Shown here: positions 9,841 to 18,910 of the stretch, piece by piece
Position numbering within the stretch: position 1 is the stretch's first letter
How the letters are laid out: the number at the start of each line of letters is the position of its first letter
Assembly (NCBI GenBank): GCA_963798085.1
Contig: CAWCRS010000001.1
Coordinates: 128,001-192,000, forward strand
Source of the DNA: an uncultured Gemmatimonadales bacterium
Lineage (GTDB): Bacteria > Gemmatimonadota > Gemmatimonadetes > Longimicrobiales > RSA9
Direction of reading: 5' to 3'
DNA: 64,000 nt
Translations under genes and position numbers: made by a program
The notes under the pieces: generated by a model
Database searches by the model: none
What the model saw: the letters and a program-made list of their open reading frames with translations, nothing else
What the model was told of the DNA's origin: nothing

Positions 9841-11505
9841 ATGGTCGGACCGATCATCCGCAATCCCATCCTTCGCGGGTTCAATCCGGATCCATCCATC
9901 GTGCGGGTCGGGGATGACTACTACATCGCGACATCGACCTTCGAATGGTTTCCGGGCGTGCAGATCCACCATTCGCGCGATCTGGTACACTGGCGCCTGT
10001 TGACACGACCGCTCGAACGAGCAAGCCAGCTGGACATGCTCGGAGACCCGGACTCGTGTGGCGTCTGGGCACCTTGCCTGAGCTGGGCCGACGGGCGGTT
10101 CTGGTTGATCTGCACCGACGTGAAGCGCTACGCGCGCACCACGACGGCGGGCGCCTCGGGAGCTGCGCTCCGCGACTTCCACAATTACCTGGTGACCAGC
10201 GCGTCGATCGATGGCGACTGGAGCGACCCGATCTACCTCAACAGCAGCGGCTTCGACCCCTCGCTCTTCCACGACGATGACGGCCGCAAGTACCTGGTGA
10301 ATGTGCTGTGGGACTGGCGCCCCGGTCACAACCATTTCGGCGGGATCGTGCTGCAGGAGTACTCGCCGGAGGCGAGGGCTCTCGTCGGCGAACGGTCGAA
10401 CATCTTCCGGGGCACCGGGCTCGGCTTCACCGAGGCACCCCACCTGTACCGTCGTGATGGCTGGTACTACCTGCTCACAGCCGAAGGCGGGACCTTCCGG
10501 GACCACTCCGTCACGATGGCGCGCTCCCGGTCGCTGCAGGGACCGTACGCGCTGCACCCCGACACGTACATCCTGAGCGCGCGCCAGCGGCCCGACCTGC
10601 CGCTGCAGAGATCCGGGCACGCGGATCTCGTCGAGACGCAGGACGGCGAGACGTACATGGTCTACCTGTGCAGCCGACCGTTAGTGAACCGCGGGAGGAG
10701 CCCGCTCGGCCGCGAGACCGCGATCCAGCCAATGGTCTGGTCCGCGGATGGCTGGCTCCGCACCACCAATGGCGAAGGCCTGCCGCAGCTCGAGGTGCCC
10801 GGACCCGCCCTCCCGGCGCATCCGTTCCCTGCTCCGCCGGAGCGCGAGGACTTCGATGGCGCGCGGCTCCCGATCGAGTTCCAGTGGCTGCGTTCCCCCT
10901 GGCCCGATGCGCTGTTCAGCCTCAGCGCGCGTCCGGGTCACCTGCGCCTCTTCGGTCGCGAGACGCCGGGCAGCCTGTTCCGCCAGTCGCTCGTGGCCCG
11001 GCGCCAGCAGGCGCACTGCTTCAGCGCCGCGACGGTCGTCGAGTTCGAGCCGGAACATTACCAGCAGATGGCAGGCCTCATCTGCTACTACGGCGGCAGC
11101 AAGTTCCATTACCTCTTCATCAGTCACGATGAGGTCGTGGGAAGGCACGTGCGGGCGATGACCGCGTCGCCTGACAATCCGGCGGCGGACGCGTTCACGA
11201 CGCCGGTTCCGTTGCCTGCCGGGAAGCGGATCGAGCTGCGGGTCGAGGTCGACTACGCGAGGCTTCGTTTCGCCTTTCGCGTCGAGGAGGCTGACGGCCG
11301 GTGGCGATGTCTGCCGGAGCCGTTCGACGCCAGCATCCTCTCCGACGAGGTGACGCTTCCCGGCGCGCCGAGCTTCACCGGCGCGTTCGTCGGGATGGCC
11401 TGCCAGGACCTGGCCGGCATGGGCCGGCCAGCGGACTTCGACTGGTTCGAGTACCGGGAACGGGATTTCGCCCCGCCGGGTGGCGGAAGGAGCGAGCGAA
11501 CGTGA
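9841..11505 (+). CDS. xynB: GH43 beta-xylosidase (XynB-like), no signal peptide
   Basis: IRNPILRGFNPDPSI, ATSTFEWFPGVQI, GVWAPCL, GFDPSLFHDDDG, TEAPHLY, FTGAFVGMACQD. Confidence 0.92.
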   Translation: MVGPIIRNPILRGFNPDPSIVRVGDDYYIATSTFEWFPGVQIHHSRDLVHWRLLTRPLERASQLDMLGDPDSCGVWAPCLSWADGRFWLICTDVKRYARTTTAGASGAALRDFHNYLVTSASIDGDWSDPIYLNSSGFDPSLFHDDDGRKYLVNVLWDWRPGHNHFGGIVLQEYSPEARALVGERSNIFRGTGLGFTEAPHLYRRDGWYYLLTAEGGTFRDHSVTMARSRSLQGPYALHPDTYILSARQRPDLPLQRSGHADLVETQDGETYMVYLCSRPLVNRGRSPLGRETAIQPMVWSADGWLRTTNGEGLPQLEVPGPALPAHPFPAPPEREDFDGARLPIEFQWLRSPWPDALFSLSARPGHLRLFGRETPGSLFRQSLVARRQQAHCFSAATVVEFEPEHYQQMAGLICYYGGSKFHYLFISHDEVVGRHVRAMTASPDNPAADAFTTPVPLPAGKRIELRVEVDYARLRFAFRVEEADGRWRCLPEPFDASILSDEVTLPGAPSFTGAFVGMACQDLAGMGRPADFDWFEYRERDFAPPGGGRSERT

Positions 11506-12806
11506 GGCGTCTGGCCTTGCTGGCGATCGCGGGGGCGGCGCTGTCGGCCGCCTGTGCGCGAGCGGGCACCGAAACAGCGGCTGTTCCGGGGACCCGGCGA
11601 GGCGCAGCTGAGACGGGCAGGTACCGCAACCTGTTCGCCGAGGCCGGGCACTCGCAGGGGGACATCCGACGGAAGATCAATGCGGCGTGGCTCCAGCTCT
11701 TCCACGGCGATTCCGTGACCCAGACGGTGTTCTACTGGGCGGGCAGGAACGAGAACGGCAGGCTTGCCTACCTGAGCGACATCAACAACCACGACGTGCG
11801 TTCGGAGGGCATGTCGTACGGCATGATGATCGCCGTCCAGATGAACCGGAAGGCGGAATTCGATGCGCTCTGGAACTGGTCCCGCACGTACATGTACCAC
11901 GCCGACCCCGCGCACCCCGCATACCGCTTCTTCTCCTGGTCGATGAACCTGGACGGTACGCCGCGCAGCGAATCGCCAGCGCCGGACGGGGAAGAGTACT
12001 GGACGATGGCGCTCTACTTCGCATCCGGGCGGTGGGGTGACGGCAAGGGCATCTACGCCTATCGCGCGCGTGCGGACGAGCTGCTGGATGCAATGAAGAA
12101 CCGGGGTGTGATCCGGGGTCCGTGGAAGAGCCGGCCGGAGCACATCGCGAGCGAGGGCGCGGAGTTCAACCCGGAGCACCGGATGGTGCGGTTCACTCCC
12201 GACACGAGCCGCCCGGACCACACGGATCCTTCGTACCACCTGCCGCACTTCTACGAGCTGTGGGGCCGCTGGGGCCCGGAGAAGGACCGCCCGTTCTGGC
12301 TGGCGGCTGCGCGCGTCAGTCGGGATTTCTTCCAGAAGGCGACGAATCCCGGGACCGGGCTCGCGCCCGAGTACGCCCACTTCGATGGCACACCGGTCAC
12401 GGACAGCTTCAACGGGCGATCCGGCACCTTCGGACCGGACGCGTGGCGGACAGCCGCCAACTGGTCGGTGGACTGGTCGTGGTGGGGAGTGGATCCGCGC
12501 GAGCGACTCCTGAGCGACCGGATCCAGATGTTCTTCGCATTGCAGGGCCGTTACGGCAACCGCTACACGCTGGACGGCGAACCGCTCGATTCCGCGCATT
12601 CCACAGCCCTGGTCGCGACCAACGCGATCGCGAGCCTGGCGGCGACCGACAATGGCAGGGCCGCGCGATTCGTGGCAGAGCTGTGGGGCGCGACGATTCC
12701 TTCGGGCCGCTACCGCTACTACGACGGCATGTGGTACCTGATGGCGCTGTTGCATGTGAGCGGGCAGTTCCGCGTGTGGACGCCGCGGGGCGTTGCCCAC
12801 CCGTGA
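11502..12806 (+). CDS. GH8 xylanase / reducing-end xylose-releasing exo-oligoxylanase, predicted lipoprotein
   Basis: GTGA overlap start; VRRLALLAIAGAALSAAC lipobox; DVRSEGMSYGMMIAVQ, APDGEEY, TDPSYHLPHFYELW, RYYDG. Confidence 0.92.
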   Translation: MRRLALLAIAGAALSAACARAGTETAAVPGTRRGAAETGRYRNLFAEAGHSQGDIRRKINAAWLQLFHGDSVTQTVFYWAGRNENGRLAYLSDINNHDVRSEGMSYGMMIAVQMNRKAEFDALWNWSRTYMYHADPAHPAYRFFSWSMNLDGTPRSESPAPDGEEYWTMALYFASGRWGDGKGIYAYRARADELLDAMKNRGVIRGPWKSRPEHIASEGAEFNPEHRMVRFTPDTSRPDHTDPSYHLPHFYELWGRWGPEKDRPFWLAAARVSRDFFQKATNPGTGLAPEYAHFDGTPVTDSFNGRSGTFGPDAWRTAANWSVDWSWWGVDPRERLLSDRIQMFFALQGRYGNRYTLDGEPLDSAHSTALVATNAIASLAATDNGRAARFVAELWGATIPSGRYRYYDGMWYLMALLHVSGQFRVWTPRGVAHP

Positions 12807-12911
12807 AAGCGACGCGACCCGGCGCAGTCCTGCTGCTGGTTCACGTTCGCGCTCGTGAGCGGCATCGGGCACGGCTGGCTCGATGCCGGCTACGCGTCGG
12901 TCGCGCGCAGG
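12803..12911 (+). pseudogene. Short remnant resembling a GH105/GH88 fragment
   Basis: GTG start overlapping the GH8 stop (VKATRPGAVLLL), then out-of-frame FTFALVSGIGHGWLDAGYASVARR. Confidence 0.4.
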
Positions 12912-12978
12912 CAGCGGAGACCTGCACGGCCAGGCGCCCGTGCTCTGGGCCGCGACCGCGCTGCTGTGCTGATGTGAA

Positions 12979-13013
12979 AGGCCCGGCTCACTCCGCGGGA
13001 GTGAGCCGGGCCT
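12979..13013 (-). terminator. Intrinsic terminator hairpin between convergent GH8 and susD
   Basis: Perfect 16-bp stem AGGCCCGGCTCACTCC/GGAGTGAGCCGGGCCT with loop GCG; short T run on the minus strand. Confidence 0.8.
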
Positions 13014-13038
13014 GCTTCTAACAGATCGTTAACGCGGA

Positions 13039-14967
13039 CTACCAGCCCGGGTTCTGCGGGTACGCCTTCGGACCGGTCACGCCCTGAATCTGCTGCGCCG
13101 GAATGGGCCGCAGGTAGTGCTTGTCCGTGATATTCGGCCGGGCGTACGGGTTCCACTTCTTGATGCGATCCAGAAAGAACTGCTTGCCCGGGCGATGCAG
13201 ATCGTCCCAGCGTGTGAACTCGCCCGACATCTCGCGCTCGCGCTCGTCCATGATGAAGTCGATGGTCATCTGGCCAGCCGACGCGAGGATCGCCGGATCG
13301 CTCTTGTGGCTGACCGCGCACAGCTTCGGAGCGTTCGCCGGTGTCGGGTCGCAGGCGGCGCGCACCCGCAGCACGTTGATCATGGCCGCCGCCGTGGCAT
13401 TCTGACCCAGGCCCACGGCCGCTTCCGCCGCGATCAGGTAGGTCTCACCCAGGCGGAAGACGACGCGGTCCTTTCCGCCGTTCAGGTCATTGAAGCCGCC
13501 CGTGCGCCCATTGTCCTGGAACTTCTTGAGAGACGGATAGTGGGCGTAGCCGAACGTGCCCTTCGCGTCGTTGTCCTTGCCGCAATCGTCACCCGGCGCC
13601 GTCGTGCAGGGTGTTCCGATCCGGTACGCCTTGGACATGCGGTAGGCATCGGACACCTGGTAGGTCAGGTAGACCAGCGCCGTGTCGGAGCCGGCCGCGG
13701 CGCCGACCTGGCTGCCCGGCAGCATGGTCCCTTTCATGGCGGCGCCGCTGGTGCACTTCGGGCAGGTGCCCGCCGGGTTCGCGGCGTTGCTGTTCGCGAA
13801 CCAGACCGTCTGGTAGCTGCCGTCGAAGCGGGTATCTACCACGTCAACACCGGGCGCGCACGGCTGGCCGCCGCAACGCGTCTCGTTGAAGAGCGCGATC
13901 GTGAACGGCGTCGGCCGGATCCGGCGGAACGGCCGGCCGTTGTCCAGGTCGCGAGTGATCCCGGCCGCCCAGCCGCCGGCACCGCCATCGTACTGGCTCA
14001 GGAAGACGACGGGATTGTAGTTCGTGGCCGTGTTGGTGTATTGCACGGGATCATAGGAGAACTGGGTCGACCAGATGACTTCCTTGTTGTTCTCGCTGTA
14101 CCCGTTCGTCACATCACAGAAACTCTGGCGGCCGGGATCCGGCGGCTTGGTCGCGCCGTGCGTGCCGCACCACAGGTCCGCGTAGATCGGCACCAGCGAG
14201 TAAGTGCCGGAGTTGATGACCGTGTTGGCCATATCCAGCGCCTTCTGGAAGTCCGACTGCTTGTTGGCCGTGTTCCATTCGCGGTAGGCGCGGGTCAGGT
14301 ACACCTTCGACAACATGTGCTGTGCCGCACCCTTCGTCGCACGTCCGAAATCCGACTGTGTCACGGGAAGCAGATTGATGGCGTCGTTCAGGTCGCTGAT
14401 GATGACCTTGTAGACACTGTCCTCCGGCTCGCGCTCCGCCTCGGTGCTGATGTCTCCGGAGTGCAGGTTCACGGTCAGATCGCCGTACTGCTGCACGAGC
14501 TGGAAGTACGCCCACGCGCGCAGGAAGTGCGCTTCGCCCAGGCGCGAGTCCTTGATGGTCTGAGTCAAATTGCCGCCTACCGGCGTGTTAGGGCCGTTGT
14601 CCAGTACGACGTTGGCCCGGGCGATGATCGTGTAGCCCGCCTGCCATTGCGGATTGATGAACGCGGAAAGGGTCGTGTACTGCGGGTCGTAGGTGTCGAG
14701 GTACACCCACGGCTGGGCACCGCCGGCTGCGACCTGGTCCGCCGCAGTCCACGTATCGACGCCCATTTGCTCCATCCCATAATAGGTGTCGCCGCCGTCG
14801 TAGCCCCTTACCGCGGCGTAGATCCCGTTGGTCAGGTCCGTGAGGCCCTGCTGCGACTGGGCATAGTTGGAGCCCAAGCTCGATACCAGTTTCTCGTTGA
14901 GGTCGAGGCAGGCCATCGAGCCGGCCACCAGAGCCAGGGCCAGACCGGTCTTCAGGATTCGGTTCAT
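13039..14967 (-). CDS. SusD/RagB-family glycan-binding lipoprotein
   Basis: MNRILKTGLALALVAGSMAC lipobox; GEAHFLRAWAYFQLVQQYG, GRATKGAA, FRLGETYLIAAEA, ERERE...RWDDL, LRPIP. Confidence 0.92.
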   Translation of the reverse strand: MNRILKTGLALALVAGSMACLDLNEKLVSSLGSNYAQSQQGLTDLTNGIYAAVRGYDGGDTYYGMEQMGVDTWTAADQVAAGGAQPWVYLDTYDPQYTTLSAFINPQWQAGYTIIARANVVLDNGPNTPVGGNLTQTIKDSRLGEAHFLRAWAYFQLVQQYGDLTVNLHSGDISTEAEREPEDSVYKVIISDLNDAINLLPVTQSDFGRATKGAAQHMLSKVYLTRAYREWNTANKQSDFQKALDMANTVINSGTYSLVPIYADLWCGTHGATKPPDPGRQSFCDVTNGYSENNKEVIWSTQFSYDPVQYTNTATNYNPVVFLSQYDGGAGGWAAGITRDLDNGRPFRRIRPTPFTIALFNETRCGGQPCAPGVDVVDTRFDGSYQTVWFANSNAANPAGTCPKCTSGAAMKGTMLPGSQVGAAAGSDTALVYLTYQVSDAYRMSKAYRIGTPCTTAPGDDCGKDNDAKGTFGYAHYPSLKKFQDNGRTGGFNDLNGGKDRVVFRLGETYLIAAEAAVGLGQNATAAAMINVLRVRAACDPTPANAPKLCAVSHKSDPAILASAGQMTIDFIMDEREREMSGEFTRWDDLHRPGKQFFLDRIKKWNPYARPNITDKHYLRPIPAQQIQGVTGPKAYPQNPGW

Positions 14968-14995
14968 GATCTCATCCCTTTCCAAGTTTCCGGCC

Positions 14996-17900
14996 CTAGA
15001 AGGTGACGTCGGCGCCGATCAGCAGTGTCCGGTACACGGGCGATCCGCCCGCGTAGCCGGATTCCGGATCGAAGTAACTGTACTTGTAGTGCACGTACGG
15101 CTCGGTGGCGGTCAGGTACAGCCTCGCGGTCGAGGCGCCGAACCGTTTCGCCATGTTCGCGGGCATGGTGTAGCCGAGCTGGATGTTGCGGATGCGCCAG
15201 TGGGAGCCGCTGGTGTATCCGCGAGAGTCGCCGTACGAGAGCGGGTTCCCGTTCAGGTTCGGCGACGGGTTCACATTGGTCGGATTGGTGGGCGTCCAGT
15301 AGTCCGCCACGTACTGGCCGTACCGGCCAAACAGCGAGGGGAGGAACGTGTCCCAGATCGTATAGTCCCACCGGATGACGGCGAGAGCGGACACATCGAA
15401 ATCGCCGTACGTGAACCGGTTGTACATGCTTGCGGTCCACTTGGGGTAGGTGTTGCCCTGGAGGACGCGGTCGGCGGCGGTGATGACGCCGTCCCCGTTC
15501 GCATCGAGAATGCGGATCTGACCGGGCTTGGAGCCGAACTGCGCGGCCTCCGCCTCCTGTCCCAGCTGCCAGACGCCGATCTGCTTGAAGTCGTACCATG
15601 TGCGCCGCTGCGGGTCGCCCGTGAATGCGCCGTTCGAGTTCAGCGGATTGGTCTGGCCACCCGTGTTGATGGGCTGGCCGACGTACCAGCCGTTGTTCGC
15701 ATCGCAGCGCGGCGCCTCACGTGGGCACGCGGTGGTGTCCGAGTAGAAGGCGAGCGCGGTGATCTCGTTCCGGTTGTGCGCCCAGCTGAGGTCGGTCTGC
15801 CACTGCAGCCCGTGCCAGTTGCGCGCATTGATGCTCGAAAGCTGCAGCTCAATGCCCTGGTTTCGCGTGGCGCCGATGTTCTGCAGTGCTGAAGTGTAGC
15901 CCGAGGTTCCCGGAAGGCTGCGTGTCATCAACAGGTCGCTGGTGTTCTCCCGGTACCAGTCCGCGCTGCCCGTGAGGCGATTGCCGAACAGGCCGAACTC
16001 GACCGCGGCGTCCGTCTTCGCAGTCTTCTCCCAGCCCAGGTTCGGGTTGGCGGGGTTGTTCGGGTTCGGGTAGTACGCCGGCGCGGTGGTTGTGCCGAAA
16101 TTGATCTTCCCGTTGGATAGCGCTCCCTGCGTCTGGTACGCGCTGACGGCCGAGTTGCCGGTCCGGCCCCAGCTCGCGCGCAACTTCAGACTGTTCAGCC
16201 AGTCGACGCCGCGCAGGAATGACTCATCACCCACCTGCCAGGCCACGCCGACGGTCGGGAAGGTCGTCCACTTGCGGCCCGGCGCCAGCACGCTGGAGCC
16301 ATCCCGTCGGACCGCACCCATCACTGTGTACCGGTTCAGCAGCGTGTAAACCAGGCGGCCCATGTACGACTCCAGCGCCGTCTCGGTCAGGCCCGTGTTC
16401 GCTATGTAGTTGTCGCCCTGCCCGATGGCGTAGTAGAGCGCCTCGTCGTACGGGATGTGCTGCGAGCTTTCATTGCTGAACACGAACCGGGTCTTCCCGA
16501 TGCCGTAGAGCAGTGTGCCATCGATGTGGTTCGCCGAACCGATGTCACGATTGATCTGCAGTATGTTGTCCAGCGTGTACTGGAAGTTCGTGTTCTGGTT
16601 GTACGACGCGGTCCGGTACGAGGCGCCGCCGAACTGGACGTCCGCGCCCGTGAAGTCGCCGGCGCTGGTCTGCGTGTAGTCGGGCCCGAAATCCACGCGC
16701 AGATCGACGCCGTCCAGCAGGTTGAACGTCGCGAAGGCGGAGGCGAACATGCGGTCGCGCCGGTTCTGGCTCACCCTCCCCTGGACCAGCTTGAGCGGGT
16801 TGTAGGCCAGGGGATCGCCGTCGGGGTTGGTGATCAGCGCGCCGCCCGCGTCGTATGCCAGCCCGAAGCCGGTCTGCTGGCGCGCGGCGCCCCAGAGACC
16901 GTCGCCGCCGTTCACGGTCTGAAGCGAGTGCGCATAGTTCGCAGTGACGCCCAGGCGCAGGCGGCCTTCGACGTGATCCACGGAAGCGCTGCCGGTGGTG
17001 CGGTTGAACTGCAGACCGACGGCCGTGCCTGTCTGCTTGAAGAAGTCACCGGAGATGTTGAAGCGCGTCGTCCCCGAGTTCCCGCGCATGCCCACTCGGT
17101 AGTCCTGCTGGTAGCCCGTGCGCTCGATCACATCCTGCCAGTTCGTGTGCTGGCCGGCCTGGAAGGCCGCATAGGCCACGTTGTTGAGCAGCGACTGCGG
17201 GTCGCTGCTGACGCCGGTGTACGCAGCCGCGGCCTGCAGCATGGCCACGTACTGGTCGTTGTTCATCAGCGCGGGCAGACCGTACGGCCGCTGCCCCGCG
17301 TAGCTCATGCCTGCGCTGAACTCCGTGGCGACACCGCCGGCGCCCGCGCCTTTCGTCGTGATGAGCACGACGCCGTTCGCGCCGCGGCTGCCGTAAATGG
17401 CCGTAGCCGCCGCGTCCTTCAGAATGTCGATCGAGACAATGTCGTTGGGGTTGAAATCGCCGATGCCGCCCGCGATCGGCACCCCGTCCACCACGAAGAG
17501 CGGGTCATTGGTCGCGCTGATCGACCGCACTCCGCGAATCCGGATACTGACGCCGTCTCCGGGCTTGTTGCCCGCATTCGTGATGTCCACGCCCGGCACA
17601 CGGTCCTGGATCGCCTTGACCGCGTTGAACGTGGGCACCTCGTGGATCTTGTCGGCGGTGACGGTCGCCATCGAGCCCGTGACCGCGCGCCGCTGCAGCT
17701 GGCCGTACCCGACTGCAACGACGCCTTCCAGCTGCACTGCCTTGACGAGCAGCGTGAAATCGGCGTTCGCCGGCGGCGCGGTGGCAACCTCGACTTCCTG
17801 CTGCGCGTCGCCGTAGCCGATCAGTGATGCCACGACCACGCGTTTCCCCAGCGGCACCTCGGTCAGGAGGTACCGGCCGTTTTCGCTGGTCACGGCTCCG

Positions 17901-18052
17901 ATTCTGGTGCCCCGCACCGTCACGCTCGCGTTGGCGATCGGCTGACCCTGCTCGTTCCTGACGATCCCCGTCACGCTCCCGGTGCCCTGCGCCTGCAGCG
18001 GACCTGCGGCCGCGAGGGCCAGAGTCAGGACGTACCTCCATGATCTCATCAT
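14996..18052 (-). CDS. SusC/RagA-family TonB-dependent transporter
   Basis: Signal peptide, carboxypeptidase-regulatory-like N-domain, VVAVGYG, IRIRG, PLFVVDG, ILKDAAATAIYGSRGANGVVLITTK, LKLRASWG, NPNLGWEKT, C-terminal F. Confidence 0.95.
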   Translation of the reverse strand: MMRSWRYVLTLALAAAGPLQAQGTGSVTGIVRNEQGQPIANASVTVRGTRIGAVTSENGRYLLTEVPLGKRVVVASLIGYGDAQQEVEVATAPPANADFTLLVKAVQLEGVVAVGYGQLQRRAVTGSMATVTADKIHEVPTFNAVKAIQDRVPGVDITNAGNKPGDGVSIRIRGVRSISATNDPLFVVDGVPIAGGIGDFNPNDIVSIDILKDAAATAIYGSRGANGVVLITTKGAGAGGVATEFSAGMSYAGQRPYGLPALMNNDQYVAMLQAAAAYTGVSSDPQSLLNNVAYAAFQAGQHTNWQDVIERTGYQQDYRVGMRGNSGTTRFNISGDFFKQTGTAVGLQFNRTTGSASVDHVEGRLRLGVTANYAHSLQTVNGGDGLWGAARQQTGFGLAYDAGGALITNPDGDPLAYNPLKLVQGRVSQNRRDRMFASAFATFNLLDGVDLRVDFGPDYTQTSAGDFTGADVQFGGASYRTASYNQNTNFQYTLDNILQINRDIGSANHIDGTLLYGIGKTRFVFSNESSQHIPYDEALYYAIGQGDNYIANTGLTETALESYMGRLVYTLLNRYTVMGAVRRDGSSVLAPGRKWTTFPTVGVAWQVGDESFLRGVDWLNSLKLRASWGRTGNSAVSAYQTQGALSNGKINFGTTTAPAYYPNPNNPANPNLGWEKTAKTDAAVEFGLFGNRLTGSADWYRENTSDLLMTRSLPGTSGYTSALQNIGATRNQGIELQLSSINARNWHGLQWQTDLSWAHNRNEITALAFYSDTTACPREAPRCDANNGWYVGQPINTGGQTNPLNSNGAFTGDPQRRTWYDFKQIGVWQLGQEAEAAQFGSKPGQIRILDANGDGVITAADRVLQGNTYPKWTASMYNRFTYGDFDVSALAVIRWDYTIWDTFLPSLFGRYGQYVADYWTPTNPTNVNPSPNLNGNPLSYGDSRGYTSGSHWRIRNIQLGYTMPANMAKRFGASTARLYLTATEPYVHYKYSYFDPESGYAGGSPVYRTLLIGADVTF

Positions 18053-18458
18053 TCGGTCCTCGACAAAGAATGGGTGGAACAACTCCACTGCCTGCCGTGG
18101 TGAATCGCCCGTCGCTCCCGGTCCAAGGTGGGTGGCGCGCGCCCGAGCGCGTGGCGGAGCGCATGGGAAGGCGGCGCGTCCACGCAGCGGGGGCCGGTCC
18201 ACGCCTCCGGTGGAGGGCCATCGGAGCAACCCGGGAATCCTGACGCCATTGGCCGTCGCCGGTGTTGGCCGGAGCCGGCCCCGGGCCAGAGGTCAGGCGA
18301 AACGAAATCGGATCTGGGGCTCGTCACGGTCCCGGTCCGGACCGTCCCGAGGTGCATGTGGCCCCTTCGGGTCCTCGCCGGCACCGAGCCGGTCCGGACC
18401 TTTCGGTGGAGGACCCCATGTCGGCGCACCGGATCGTGGTGCGGACCCAAAAGTTCTT

Positions 18459-18475
18459 AGGTGACATTATCACCT
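18459..18475. promoter_or_regulatory. Candidate repressor operator AGGTGACATTATCACCT
   Basis: 17-bp near-perfect palindrome just downstream of the predicted susC transcription start. Confidence 0.6.
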
Positions 18476-18485
18476 CACGAAAGCC

Positions 18486-18514
18486 ATGCTACTGTCCACC
18501 ACCGGACCTGTCAA
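18486..18514 (-). promoter_or_regulatory. sigma70-type promoter for susC-susD
   Basis: Minus strand TTGACA (18514-18509), 17 nt, TAGCAT (18491-18486). Confidence 0.65.
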
Positions 18515-18910
18515 GAATTCTGGGATCCGCCTGCAACCCGCGATGCGGATGCCATACTGTGACCCGCCGCATGCGAGTGCGGGAGAATGCGCGCTCATGC
18601 GAAAACGCATGTCGTTACGGGAGCGCGGCGCTTCGGTTACCGGTGCGGCCAGAGGGGGGAGCGGTCTCGACGAGGACAGGAAGACTGTCGGCCACATCAT
18701 GGGCTGCGTATGCTGTCGCACGGCTCTCGCGAGACACGCGCCGCGTCCGGCTTCTGTCGAACCGGTCGCCTGGTGCGAGCGGCGCGGGCCACGTCGTGCG
18801 CCATCACCGCGGCCCACCTGACGCCCTGTCGCGCATCGCCGTCCATTCGTGAAGGTGGTCGACAGGGAGTGTGCGAGGCGGGTTCATCCGGTGGCTTCCT
18901 GGAGGAAACC

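Noticed and set aside
7280..11500. Both GH43 genes end in GGRSER
   Set aside because: Probably reflects GGAG-containing ribosome-binding sequence for the overlapping downstream gene, not a protein motif
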